DNA of 61,631 nt from an uncultured Acidaminococcus sp. GTDB taxonomy: Bacteria; Bacillota; Negativicutes; Acidaminococcales; Acidaminococcaceae. The position numbers and the translations under genes are program-made. Of the stretch, positions 49,370 to 57,634 are shown piece after piece. Below the pieces are notes generated by a model that saw nothing but the letters and a program-made list of their open reading frames with translations, did not search any database and was not told the origin of the DNA. Position 1 is the stretch's first letter. Each line of letters starts with the position of its first letter. The DNA is taken from the NCBI GenBank assembly GCA_902796945.1, contig CADBQR010000041.1, forward strand, positions 1 through 61,631, given 5' to 3'.

Positions 49370-49838
49370 GATGAACCTCCCGGAATACCGTATCGAGGAC
49401 GGTATCCCCGTCTGCCCCGAAGGTGATCGTTCCCCGCAGCTGCTTTCCTCCCAAAACCCGGGGAACCCAGATCCGATCGGCCTGCCACATTTCATCATAA
49501 GGTAAACCCTCAAGGGAAAACCAACGCGGTTCCATCTCTTCGGAACGATTGACCGTTCCCTGCCAGGAACGTACCAGATAAACCATGCCCCCATGGGACC
49601 AACGGGCATCCGAAGGCTGATCAAAATAGAGGTCAGCCACCAGTTCGAGGCTGCTTTCCTCTGCCTCAAGTCCACATTCTTCCCATAATTCCCGGCAGGC
49701 GCATTGACGCATGGATTCCCCGGGTTCAATCTTACCGCCGAAGCCATTCCATTTCCCAAAACCCATGCCACGTTTTTTCCTGCCCAATAAAATCCGGCCC
49801 TTCCCGTCTACCGGAAAGACCAACGAAGTATCACGCAT
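49353..49838 (-). CDS. mutT: 8-oxo-dGTP diphosphatase, MTH1-like Nudix
   Basis: KKRGMGFGKWNGFGGKIE...RELWEECG Nudix box; EEMEPRWF; MWQAD. Confidence 0.8.
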   Translation of the reverse strand: MRDTSLVFPVDGKGRILLGRKKRGMGFGKWNGFGGKIEPGESMRQCACRELWEECGLEAEESSLELVADLYFDQPSDARWSHGGMVYLVRSWQGTVNRSEEMEPRWFSLEGLPYDEMWQADRIWVPRVLGGKQLRGTITFGADGDTVLDTVFREVHLDRKK

Positions 49839-50224
49839 CTTTTCTCCTTTCTGACAGGTTCCCCGCATCAAAAATATACCTTGATGGGAAGCCTCCTGTC
49901 ATAGGCAGCGCCCTGCAAAGGACACATGCCCTGATTACCTGGAAAATCCAAGATCCCGGAAACCGGCTGACTGGTTCTGCAAAATCAACATGGATACCGA
50001 TCCATCCCGTTTCTGAGAAAATTCCTGACCTTTATCATATCATAAGAAAGAGATGGATTCACCAGGAAACAGTGGATATCAAACCAGTTCTTCCAACATG
50101 GCATCCCTTCCCGGCATCAACAAGACCGTTTCAACCCTGGAAAGGAAATGGATGCGGCAGGCCTGCAAATTCACCTTGTGTAAAAATTATTAAAAATTTC
50201 GTTCTATTCATACTCTTATCTTTT

Positions 50225-50233
50225 TGGTAAAAT
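50225..50233 (+). promoter_or_regulatory. Extended -10 promoter upstream of the abgT leader
   Basis: TGGTAAAAT in an AT-rich context. Confidence 0.45.
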
Positions 50234-50325
50234 AAGAGTAATCTGAAAAAACCTGTCACCAAAGTTTTAAAGACAGGACAGGCCATTTTATAGGGCCAAT
50301 ATCGATGGTAAGGAGGGAAAGTACG

Positions 50326-50349
50326 ATGAGAATCGCAGCCTGGACATAG
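50326..50349 (+). CDS. Putative 7-aa leader peptide MRIAAWT
   Basis: TAAGGAGG (50309-50316), 9 nt, then ATG AGA ATC GCA GCC TGG ACA TAG. Confidence 0.45.
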   Translation: MRIAAWT

Positions 50350-50452
50350 CTGTTTCATGACACATTTCTTTCGTGACATTGCACTCAAATCCCAACCCGA
50401 AACACAAAAAAACAAACTTTTCTGTGCTTCAACCGAACTCAAGGAGAAAAAA

Positions 50453-52024
50453 ATGAGCAATCAAAACAAAAACACACTTCAATCCCCAACTCCAACCAAT
50501 GGTAAAAACAAAGAAATCGGAGGATTTCTTAAGGGCGTGGAAATCATTGGCAATAAACTGCCCCATCCAGCCATGCTGTTCTTCCTTCTATCTCTGGCGG
50601 TTATCCTCATTTCCCACTTTGTCGCCATGCAGGGCGTTTCCGTTACGTATTTTGATGCCCGGGCAAAGGCGGAAGTCACGAAAAAAGCAGTGTCTCTCCT
50701 GAATGCGGAAGGCCTGCGCTACATGTTTAATTCGGCAACAAAGAACTATACAGGATTTGCCCCTCTTGGTACGGTCCTTGTGGCGATGCTTGGTGTTGGT
50801 GTAGCGGAATGGTCCGGGCTTTTCAACACGACGCTGAAAAAGCTCCTCATGAATGCCAACCCAAAGTTCCTTACCCCCATTGTTCTTTTTGCCGGAATTA
50901 TGTCCAACATTGCTTCTGATGCCGGATACGTAATTGTCATCCCCATCGGGGCCCTGATCTTTGCGATGGCCGGCCGTCATCCCCTGGCCGGTATGGCCGC
51001 GGCTTTTGCCGGCGTTTCCGGAGGCTTCTCGGCAAACCTTCTGCTTGGCACTACGGATCCCCTGCTGACAGGGATCACCAACCAGGCCCTGATTGCAGCC
51101 GGCATCGATATGTCCCTGGATCCTACGTGCAACTGGTATTTCCTGGCTGCATCGACCTTCCTCCTGACCATTGTCGGAACTTTCGTTACCGATAAAATCG
51201 TGGAACCGAATCTGGGAACCTACACCGGTGAATACCGCCCTGACAATACACCCATTACCGAACTGGAAAACAAAGCCCTTCGAAATGCCGGTATTGCCCT
51301 TGTAATCTACGTAGTCATCATGGCACTTCTCATGTTCCCGGCCAATGCGGTCTTCCGTTCTGCTGAACCAAACGGTGAGCTGACCCTGAAGACCTTCATG
51401 CACGGTGGTTTGATTCCGGCCATCCTGCTGCTTTTCCTGGTTCCCGGCCTGGCTTATGGCAGGACAACCGGCAAGATCAGGACTTCCCATGATTTGGTTA
51501 CCTCCATGACGGAGGCCATGAAGTCCATGGGCGGATACATGGTCCTGGCCTTCTTTGCATCCCAGTTCATTGCTTATTTTGGAAAGACCAACCTGGGGCT
51601 CATTGTATCCTTCAAGGGTGCCGATGCTTTGGAAGCCGCCGGTCTGACAGGGCTTCCCCTGATTGTGCTTTTCATTATCCTTTCGGCCTTCCTGAACCTT
51701 TTCATGGGTTCCGCCTCGGCAAAATGGGCCATTATGGCTCCCATCTTTGTGCCCATGATGTATCGGCTTGGCCTGTCCCCGGCCCTGACCCAGGTCGCCT
51801 ATCGGATCGGTGACTCTTCCACCAACATCATCACGCCTCTCATGTCCTATTTTGCCATGATTGTCGTCTTCATGAACAAGTATGAAAAGGACGCTGGTCT
51901 GGGAACGCTCACTTCCATGATGCTGCCCTACTCCATGTCCTTCCTCCTGTTCTGGGGAATCATGATGTGCCTGTGGATGCTGGCAGGGCTGCCAGTCGGT
52001 CCCGGTGCCGGTTTGTACATCTGA
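50453..52024 (+). CDS. abgT: AbgT family transporter
   Basis: GNKLPHP, ASDAGY, GRHPLAG, CNWYF, GSASAKW, YRIGDS. Start MSNQN after AAGGAG. Confidence 0.88.
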   Translation: MSNQNKNTLQSPTPTNGKNKEIGGFLKGVEIIGNKLPHPAMLFFLLSLAVILISHFVAMQGVSVTYFDARAKAEVTKKAVSLLNAEGLRYMFNSATKNYTGFAPLGTVLVAMLGVGVAEWSGLFNTTLKKLLMNANPKFLTPIVLFAGIMSNIASDAGYVIVIPIGALIFAMAGRHPLAGMAAAFAGVSGGFSANLLLGTTDPLLTGITNQALIAAGIDMSLDPTCNWYFLAASTFLLTIVGTFVTDKIVEPNLGTYTGEYRPDNTPITELENKALRNAGIALVIYVVIMALLMFPANAVFRSAEPNGELTLKTFMHGGLIPAILLLFLVPGLAYGRTTGKIRTSHDLVTSMTEAMKSMGGYMVLAFFASQFIAYFGKTNLGLIVSFKGADALEAAGLTGLPLIVLFIILSAFLNLFMGSASAKWAIMAPIFVPMMYRLGLSPALTQVAYRIGDSSTNIITPLMSYFAMIVVFMNKYEKDAGLGTLTSMMLPYSMSFLLFWGIMMCLWMLAGLPVGPGAGLYI

Positions 52025-52100
52025 ACCGCGGTGCTTGACAGAACCAGCGGTTCAATAAAAGTAAAAAGAGGAGCTGCGAAAAACAGCGCCCTTAGAACCG

Positions 52101-52144
52101 AAGAGGGACTTTCGATTCGTGAGAATCGGAAGTCCCTCTTTCTT
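52101..52144 (+). terminator. Terminator after abgT
   Basis: AAGAGGGACTTTCGATTC-GTGA-GAATCGGAAGTCCCTCTT-TCTT. Confidence 0.75.
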
Positions 52145-52276
52145 GGTAAAATGCAGCGGCGATGAAAACTGACACCGTGGATGACAATACCCCAAAGCAG
52201 GGAAGCTTCCCAGTTTTTTGATTGCTTTTTTCATGTCTGTTTTTTATGGCCCGCAGAAAATCTCCAGCTCATCAGC

Positions 52277-52312
52277 AAACAGGGGTGCCGCAAAATTGCG
52301 GCACCCCTGTTT
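52277..52312 (-). terminator. Perfect 17-bp inverted repeat after the pxpC-like gene
   Basis: AAACAGGGGTGCCGCAA-aa-TTGCGGCACCCCTGTTT. Confidence 0.8.
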
Positions 52313-52326
52313 AGGGACGACGAAAT

Positions 52327-53292
52327 CTATACTCGTCGCTGCAAGGCTTCTTCAATCTTCGCTTTCAGCTGCTTCACATAAGCCTGTTGCCTGGCGAGGC
52401 ATTCTTCAGCCTGGGTTTGATAGATTGGCTGGAACGTCAGCATTTCACCGGGACGACACTGGGCAACACGCGGCAAATCCGCCAGAATGACCTGGCCGAT
52501 GAGGCTTCCGCATCCGACCGTATCCCCATCGGGCATGAAAATAACCGGATCCCCGTTTTCCCTGACCTGAATGCTTCCGAAACGAAGTGGTACCGGCGCC
52601 AATAAGGACCCCTTCCCAGGCTCTAATTTGATTCCTTCCAAGGGATAAAGACGTCGGTCCGACCGGGAAGAAAGCAGGTAGGAACTGCGGAAAAACGTCG
52701 CCCTGCTTGATTCCGGGACTGCGCTTTCCGCATGGCTTTCCACAACCCGCACAGGACCGTCCGGAAAAACGAAATCACCATCAATGGACCAAGGCACCGT
52801 AACAAATGAATCGTCAGGTTCCGCGCATCGCTCCATACGCCCGACGAAGGCTGCCTGGGAAGGGATAATCCGTCCAATGGCGTATTCATCCCCCTCCGCG
52901 AACGTCCTGCCCGGGCAGGAAAGCGGCAGGGAATAGCCTCCGGCCACGGCAAGATAAGTCACTCGTCCCCGAAGCGCTTTTCCAAATAAGAGGGTTCCCT
53001 TTCTTCGAATATAGACAGGCCGGTAAAAAGGCAGGGCTTTCCCATCCAACAGGACCTGACGGTGTGCTCCTGTAAGGGCAAGCGTCAGGCCAGCCGGAAC
53101 GGAAAGGGAAAGGCCGGACCCACCAATTTCCAAGGTTCCTTCTTCCGGTCGGTTTTGCACGAGCAAATTGGCAAGATGCAGGGAAACCATATCCAGGGCA
53201 CCCCCGGGGGAAGTGCCGGCGGCACGGGTCCCATACCGGCCATTGTCCTGGATTGCGGCAAGAAGCGAACCTTTTTCCACGCGTATTTTCAT
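52327..53292 (-). CDS. PxpC/KipA-like carboxyltransferase-domain protein (divergent)
   Basis: IQDNGRYG, GALD...LANLLVQN, YLAVAGG, GSIQV...GDPVIFMPD, LPRVAQCRPG. Confidence 0.75.
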   Translation of the reverse strand: MKIRVEKGSLLAAIQDNGRYGTRAAGTSPGGALDMVSLHLANLLVQNRPEEGTLEIGGSGLSLSVPAGLTLALTGAHRQVLLDGKALPFYRPVYIRRKGTLLFGKALRGRVTYLAVAGGYSLPLSCPGRTFAEGDEYAIGRIIPSQAAFVGRMERCAEPDDSFVTVPWSIDGDFVFPDGPVRVVESHAESAVPESSRATFFRSSYLLSSRSDRRLYPLEGIKLEPGKGSLLAPVPLRFGSIQVRENGDPVIFMPDGDTVGCGSLIGQVILADLPRVAQCRPGEMLTFQPIYQTQAEECLARQQAYVKQLKAKIEEALQRRV

Positions 53293-53987
53293 GGTCTGCT
53301 CCCTCCCCGTCCGGCAAAGTCGTCCTCTGGCAGTTCAAAAATGATTTTCTTTCCGACAGGGACCGACCGCCCGCCAGCAACCCGATCGGCAGGGACCTGT
53401 CCGATGACAGCCCAGGCGGCTTCCGTATCCCTCAGCGCTATGAGAACCGCCCCATCCCACAAACCGACACTGCCAGCCGGTACAGGTTTCCGTTTTCCCT
53501 CTTTTTCCCGGCAGGGTGGAATCGGACGATTTTCCTCGAAAAGGCATAGGGCATTGTCAAATCCGGCAGCATAGCTTACGTAGCACCCCTGTAAAATTAA
53601 CTTCGGTTCCAAAGGACTGTCCGGTGCAAACGAAAGCGGCAGCCGGAGAGGCTCTTCCCCATCCGTTCCGGAAGCAGTCACCACCTCTGGCAACAGCGCT
53701 TCAACATAGCTTTTCGCTTCCCGATACCCTTTTGATTCACAGGTATCCTCTGCTTTATGGGACATCGCGGAAAGGGGCAGCGGATCATAAGTAATCATCA
53801 GGCCCGTGCCAACGACTTCTGTCTCAATCAATCCGGGAAAAGGCGCTTTCCGCAGCTGCGCCTGAAGGCAGCAGGCCAGAAGAACGTTCTCCTGCGTGAG
53901 CTTTTCTCCAAACAATACAAGAAAACCGGCTTCATTCAAAGGCCGGAAGAGGACCGGCGGCAGCGGAAATTTTCCGTTTGGGGCCAT
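53289..53987 (-). CDS. PxpB/KipI-like protein (divergent)
   Basis: FRPLNEAGFLVLFG, PGLIE...LMITYDPL, VPAGSVG, WAVIGQ; ATGA overlap with the pxpC-like gene. Confidence 0.65.
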   Translation of the reverse strand: MAPNGKFPLPPVLFRPLNEAGFLVLFGEKLTQENVLLACCLQAQLRKAPFPGLIETEVVGTGLMITYDPLPLSAMSHKAEDTCESKGYREAKSYVEALLPEVVTASGTDGEEPLRLPLSFAPDSPLEPKLILQGCYVSYAAGFDNALCLFEENRPIPPCREKEGKRKPVPAGSVGLWDGAVLIALRDTEAAWAVIGQVPADRVAGGRSVPVGKKIIFELPEDDFAGRGGSRP

Positions 53988-54170
53988 ACGATTCCCACCT
54001 CCATGGGGACATTTCATGTTCACTATTGTTCCGACGCTTTCATTCGAACTCTTTTCTGACCAGAAAAGGAGCCACAGATATTTTTATTATAAGGCATTGG
54101 GACGGTTCTTGCCCATAACCTTCCAGGAATCACCGACGATTCCCTTCCAATTGTAATATTCGCAACAAAA

Positions 54171-54206
54171 ATGACTGCTGCGCAAAACAAAATGCACAGC
54201 AGTCAT
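54171..54206 (-). terminator. Terminator of the MacAB-like operon
   Basis: ATGACTGCTGCGCA...TGCACAGCAGTCAT with an adjacent A run. Confidence 0.75.
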
Positions 54207-54223
54207 AAGTAACAAATGAACAC

Positions 54224-54385
54224 TTACCAACCGAGTCTTTTGATCAGGTGAAACAGCAGGAACGATAAAAGAAGCAGCAGCGCAATGGCTTTCAGGCGAT
54301 CCTTCAGATCAAAAAGGGTCTTTGGCCGACGCAGCCAAGCCCTGAACCCATTCCATTTTTCTCCCAAAGTCGGTTCCTTACTCAT
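54224..54385 (-). CDS. Unannotated 53-aa small membrane protein
   Basis: MSKEPTLGEKWNGFRAWLRRPKTLFDLKDRLKAIALLLLLSFLLFHLIKRLGW*. ATG overlaps the permease stop (ATGAGTAA); GAGG 9 nt upstream; lies before the operon terminator. Confidence 0.6.
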   Translation of the reverse strand: MSKEPTLGEKWNGFRAWLRRPKTLFDLKDRLKAIALLLLLSFLLFHLIKRLGW

Positions 54386-55592
54386 AGCGCAGAGCCTCAA
54401 TCGGGTCTAGCAGGGCAGCTTTCTTGGCTGGATACAGGCCGAAAAAAAGGCCGATACCCACAGAAAAGAGCACCGAAATGATGGTAGCCAGGATCGATAC
54501 AACAACGGGCCAGCCGATGACCTTGGCCGCAATGACCGAAACAATGGTCCCCAGGATCATACCGGTTGTGCCACCGGTAACCCCGATGACCATGGATTCA
54601 ACAAGAAACTGCAGCAAAATATCATGATACGTGGCCCCCAGTGCCTTCCGGATCCCGATTTCGCGGGTTCGTTCGGTTACGGACACCAGCATGATGTTCA
54701 TGATCCCGATTCCACCGACGAGCAGACTGATGGCTGCCACAATAGCCAGAAGCAGGGTGATGGATCCCGTCGTTTCCTGGGCGGTCTTAATGATTTCCGC
54801 CAGGTTCCGGACAGAAAAATCATCGTCATCGCCGGTCTTGATTTTATGGCGCTGCCGGAGAAGGGCCACCACATCGGACTGCACCTGGTCAATGAGTTTC
54901 TCATTCTCACACTGGATTGTTATGTTCCGGATGTAAGTAAGACCCATCAGCCGCTGCATCGCCGTTGTCAGCGGGACAAAGACGATATCATCCTGGTCCT
55001 GCCCCATGGATGACTGGCCTTTGGAATTCAATACACCGATAACCCGGAACGGGGCTTTATTGATTCGCATGGTCTTTCCCACGGGACTGCCTTCAGGAAA
55101 AAGATTTTCAGCCACGGTCTGCCCAATGACACAGACACGGTCACGGCTTGTCATTTCTTTTTCTGTATACATACGGCCTTCGGCAATCGTATAATTCCTG
55201 ATATCGATGATATTCGGGGTCATCCCCTGGACAGAGGAGTTCCAGTTTTGGTTGCCCGCAACCAATTGGTAACTGGTCTGCACGCCAGGCGACACATACT
55301 TGATGCCGTCCACGTTTTTTTCAATGGCCTTGGCATCATCATAGGTCAGATGGGCACCGCTGCCGCTGGCAATTCGCTGTCCATTGGCGGTCCGGCCTCC
55401 GCTCATGACGATGAGCAGGTTGCTGCCCATGCTGCTGATGTTTTCCTTGACTTTCTCCTGCATGCCCAGGCCCAGGGAAACCATGGCAATGACGGCTCCG
55501 ACGCCGATGATGATTCCCAGCATCGTCAGGAAGGTCCTGAGTTTATTGGAAAGCATTCCCTCGAAAGCCATTTTGATGCACTCGCGAAGCAT
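54378..55592 (-). CDS. MacB/FtsX-like ABC transporter permease
   Basis: LRTFLTMLGIIIG, VGGIGIMNIMLVSVTERTREIGIRKALGA, LDPIEALRYE. Confidence 0.93.
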   Translation of the reverse strand: MLRECIKMAFEGMLSNKLRTFLTMLGIIIGVGAVIAMVSLGLGMQEKVKENISSMGSNLLIVMSGGRTANGQRIASGSGAHLTYDDAKAIEKNVDGIKYVSPGVQTSYQLVAGNQNWNSSVQGMTPNIIDIRNYTIAEGRMYTEKEMTSRDRVCVIGQTVAENLFPEGSPVGKTMRINKAPFRVIGVLNSKGQSSMGQDQDDIVFVPLTTAMQRLMGLTYIRNITIQCENEKLIDQVQSDVVALLRQRHKIKTGDDDDFSVRNLAEIIKTAQETTGSITLLLAIVAAISLLVGGIGIMNIMLVSVTERTREIGIRKALGATYHDILLQFLVESMVIGVTGGTTGMILGTIVSVIAAKVIGWPVVVSILATIISVLFSVGIGLFFGLYPAKKAALLDPIEALRYE

Positions 55593-55595
55593 TCC

Positions 55596-56279
55596 TCAGT
55601 CCCTCCGTTCGTCCTTGATCAACTGCCCGTCGCGGATCGTGATGATCCGCTGTGTCATATCAGCCAGTTCCGGCTCATGGGTTACCATGATGACCGTTTT
55701 TCCCATTTTATTCAGCTTTTCAAAAATATCAATGATTTCCAGCGTCGATTTCGTATCCAGATTGCCCGTTGGTTCGTCAGCCATGATAATGGCCGGATCG
55801 TTGATGAGGGCTCTTGCGATGGCGACCCGCTGCCGCTGGCCGCCACTCATTTCGTTCGGTTTATGGTAGAGGCGGGCCCCAAGACCCACGTCTTTCAAGG
55901 CCTGCTCGGCCCGTTCCGTGCGTTCCTTCAGGCCTACGCCGGCATAGACGAGGGGCAGGGCCACATTTTCCACGGCCGTCAGCTTGGACAGAAGGTTAAA
56001 ACTCTGGAAAACAAAGCCAATCCGGGCATTCCTCGTATGAGCCAGTTCATCATCTGAGTATTGGGCAATATCCTTGCCTTCCAGGATATACTGTCCCGAC
56101 GTCGGCCGGTCCAGGCATCCCAGTACATTCATCAAGGTGGATTTCCCGCTGCCTGACGGCCCTACAATCGACGTAAATTTTCCTTTTTCAAAAGATACCG
56201 TAAGATGATTCAGGGCCATTACCGTTGAATCTCCCATGGCATAGCTTTTAACAATGTCTTTCAATTCAATTACGTTCAT
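55596..56279 (-). CDS. ABC transporter ATP-binding protein (MacB/LolD-like)
   Basis: GPSGSGKST, MSGGQRQRVAIARAL, ADEPTGNLD. Confidence 0.95.
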   Translation of the reverse strand: MNVIELKDIVKSYAMGDSTVMALNHLTVSFEKGKFTSIVGPSGSGKSTLMNVLGCLDRPTSGQYILEGKDIAQYSDDELAHTRNARIGFVFQSFNLLSKLTAVENVALPLVYAGVGLKERTERAEQALKDVGLGARLYHKPNEMSGGQRQRVAIARALINDPAIIMADEPTGNLDTKSTLEIIDIFEKLNKMGKTVIMVTHEPELADMTQRIITIRDGQLIKDERRD

Positions 56280-56293
56280 GGCGTGCTTCCCCC

Positions 56294-57361
56294 TTAAATG
56301 GGAGGTCCTCCGCGTCTCTGCTGCGTCTTGATCGTTGAGGTCTTGATAATGAGGACGTCGCCAACGTTTAAGTCACCGGAAACAGCATACCGGTCTTCGC
56401 CTTCCATCAGGACTTTTACGTCAACCTCACGGGTTTCGCCGGTATTCTTATCAAGGACTTTGACATATTTCCGCGAGCCATCAGCAAAAAGGCATTTCTG
56501 GGAAATCGTCAGTGCATCATCAACTTCCCCGACAATGACCTTGGAACGGGCCGTCATCGTAGGCAGCAGTTTTCCTTCCACGTTATCCACATCCACATAG
56601 CAGGTATAGTAATTGACATTGTTGGTGGTTGTAGCACTGCGGCTGATCAACGAAATAATTCCCTTAAAGGTCTGGTCCGGATAAGCGTCGACCGTAAATT
56701 CAACGATTTGCCCATCCTTGACCTGCCCGATATCGGATTCATCAACCATCAGTTCAATCTGCATCTTATCCAGGGTTGCCACGTTCATGATGACCTGCGG
56801 CGAAGAAATACCGGATGATACAGTCTGCCCGACAGAAGTCGGCTTGCCGATGACATATCCGTCAATCGGGGAAGTAATGACCGTATCATTGGTATTGGCC
56901 ACGGCCTGTTCATAATCTGCCTTGGCATACAGGTAATTGGCTTCCGCCGTATCGAACGTGCTTTGGGAGATTGCCCCCTGCTGCAGCAAGGACAAGTCAC
57001 GGCGATACGTTGCTTCGCGGTCCACCATGGTGGCCCGCTTCATTTCCTGCGTTTTTTTCAGGGAGGTATCATCCAATTTGACCAGGACCTGGCCGGCCGT
57101 CACATGATCGTTTTCCTTGACATAAACCGCTACGATTCGCCCCGTAATCTTGGAGTTGATATCGACATTGTCCAACGCACTCAGGGCCCCGGTCGCCGAA
57201 ATCGTATGGCGGATATTTTCCCGTTTGACCTCATCGGTCCGGATCTGTGCAATGGCTTCCTTTGCCAGTTTATTTTTGTACCACATACCGCCTCCCACGG
57301 AAGCAAGGATCAGTACAGCCAGGATAATTAATGCGATTTTATGCTTCTTGAAAAAATTCAC
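56294..57361 (-). CDS. MacA-like periplasmic adaptor (membrane fusion protein)
   Basis: N-terminal TM; lipoyl/barrel-sandwich motifs (VTAGQVL, ITSPIDG); VDESDIG. GTG start preferred; ATG 57382 possible. Confidence 0.88.
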   Translation of the reverse strand: MNFFKKHKIALIILAVLILASVGGGMWYKNKLAKEAIAQIRTDEVKRENIRHTISATGALSALDNVDINSKITGRIVAVYVKENDHVTAGQVLVKLDDTSLKKTQEMKRATMVDREATYRRDLSLLQQGAISQSTFDTAEANYLYAKADYEQAVANTNDTVITSPIDGYVIGKPTSVGQTVSSGISSPQVIMNVATLDKMQIELMVDESDIGQVKDGQIVEFTVDAYPDQTFKGIISLISRSATTTNNVNYYTCYVDVDNVEGKLLPTMTARSKVIVGEVDDALTISQKCLFADGSRKYVKVLDKNTGETREVDVKVLMEGEDRYAVSGDLNVGDVLIIKTSTIKTQQRRGGPPI

Positions 57362-57634
57362 GTTTTCCCCCACCTCACTCATACGAAAATTCGAACCTTC
57401 TTTTTTGTTGCCCCATCATATCATTCAAATATGAATAATTGATGAACAAAAAGACAACAAAGCAAAATCTCCAAAACCCAGCCCTTCAGACAGGCCCGGT
57501 TGTTCCGAACCGTCCTGCACAGCAGGAATCCCCTTTGGTCCACCCCGAAACACCATCTGCCAGGCAGTCAACGTTTTCCATCACCCAGGCCATCGGCAAC
57601 CACGTTACCGGCAATGCCCTACATCTGGAAATCA

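Noticed and set aside
49370-49771. 134-aa N-terminal extension of MutY in the ORF track (apparent fusion)
   Set aside because: It overlaps the Nudix gene in another frame; a TTG with a GGAGG SD at 49369 gives a normal-length MutY.
57440-57634. Loose repeats (ccatc...ccaggc, ggcaa...acgtt) downstream of proA
   Set aside because: Too short and irregular to distinguish from chance.
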